A stretch of DNA of 64,000 nt from Eledone cirrhosa (lineage: Eukaryota). A program made the translations under genes and the position numbers. Under the pieces are notes generated by a model. It saw only the letters and a program-made list of their open reading frames with translations. It was not told the DNA's origin and did not search any database. The first letter of the stretch is position 1. Each line of letters begins with the position of its first letter. This document shows, one piece after another, positions 63,245 through 64,000 of this stretch. Location of the stretch: positions 76,446,001 to 76,510,000 of the forward strand of contig OZ024744.1 of assembly GCA_964016885.1 (NCBI GenBank), given 5' to 3'.

Positions 63245-64000
63245 AAAATTTGCTCCACTAGTCCTGGCTGCGTTTGTTTTTTCTAGATGATTTTGGGAAT
63301 ATGGATTGCAGCATATACACACCCTAAGCGTCGGGTGCAGTAATGAAACCATGGCCGTGATCCTTCCCACGCAAGATCGCTTTTTACATCCAACTCATTG
63401 TGTGCTCTCTGATATATAGACTTATATTTCATAAATAGTTTCTGTAAACTCATGGAGCGAGTGTAAATTCGGCGAGCTGAGACAAATTCAATTTGTCTAG
63501 TTCAATAAATATATTTATACATACATACATATATAGATATAATAAGATTTCGCTTCAAGCATAGCTTTATACAATATGTATATAAATTTCGTATTTCTAA
63601 AGAAATACGGTTTAATGAAGCCGTAGCTATGTAAACACCGAGGGGGGGGGGGAAGGGAGCTAATATATATAAATATCATCGTTTAGCGTCCATTTTTCCA
63701 TGATTGCATGGGTTAGATGGGTCGTCCACGTTGGGAGACAAGTCTTGTTCCAACGAGGACTGTAAATCTAGTTGGGAATTTTACAGTTGGAGGCCCTTCC
63801 TAACACCAACCGTGTTTATCTATATCTATATATATATAAAATATATGAAGAAAGGAGGCGGCTGTGAAGTTGCTGGAAGGTATACTTAAAAATAAGAAGA
63901 AAGCATGAATGGAGGTCTCCTTCTACCTACCTATTTTGTTGCTATCTACTCTTCCGTCTCTCCCTTTCACTCACCCACTCTCTGCTAGCCACCTCATTGT

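Overview
Eukaryotic, repeat-saturated DNA with no recognisable host gene. The tRNA-derived SINEs resemble those I know from octopod cephalopods, so that origin is an inference. Two microsatellite-associated retroelement communities dominate. (1) L1/Tx1-type LINEs sit in (GATA)n tracts, nearly all on the minus strand, including a head-to-tail array at ~16.7-29.9 kb. (2) At least seven decayed Penelope-like elements (RT + GIY-YIG; four Naiad-like) sit in (TA)n tracts with a swarm of ORF-less derivatives carrying minimal type I hammerhead ribozyme (HHR) motifs. The most notable features are two ORF-less tandem HHR repeats (310-bp and ~432-bp units, retrozyme-like) with Penelope-style inverted 5' ends, and more than ten tail-out fold-back elements, several inverted at the HHR stem II. 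Also present: tRNA-SINEs, RTE fragments, Helitron-like ends and Tc1/mariner MITEs, one expanded internally into a ~144-bp tandem array. Retroelement ORFs are mostly disrupted or truncated. Coordinates were read by eye and element boundaries are approximate.
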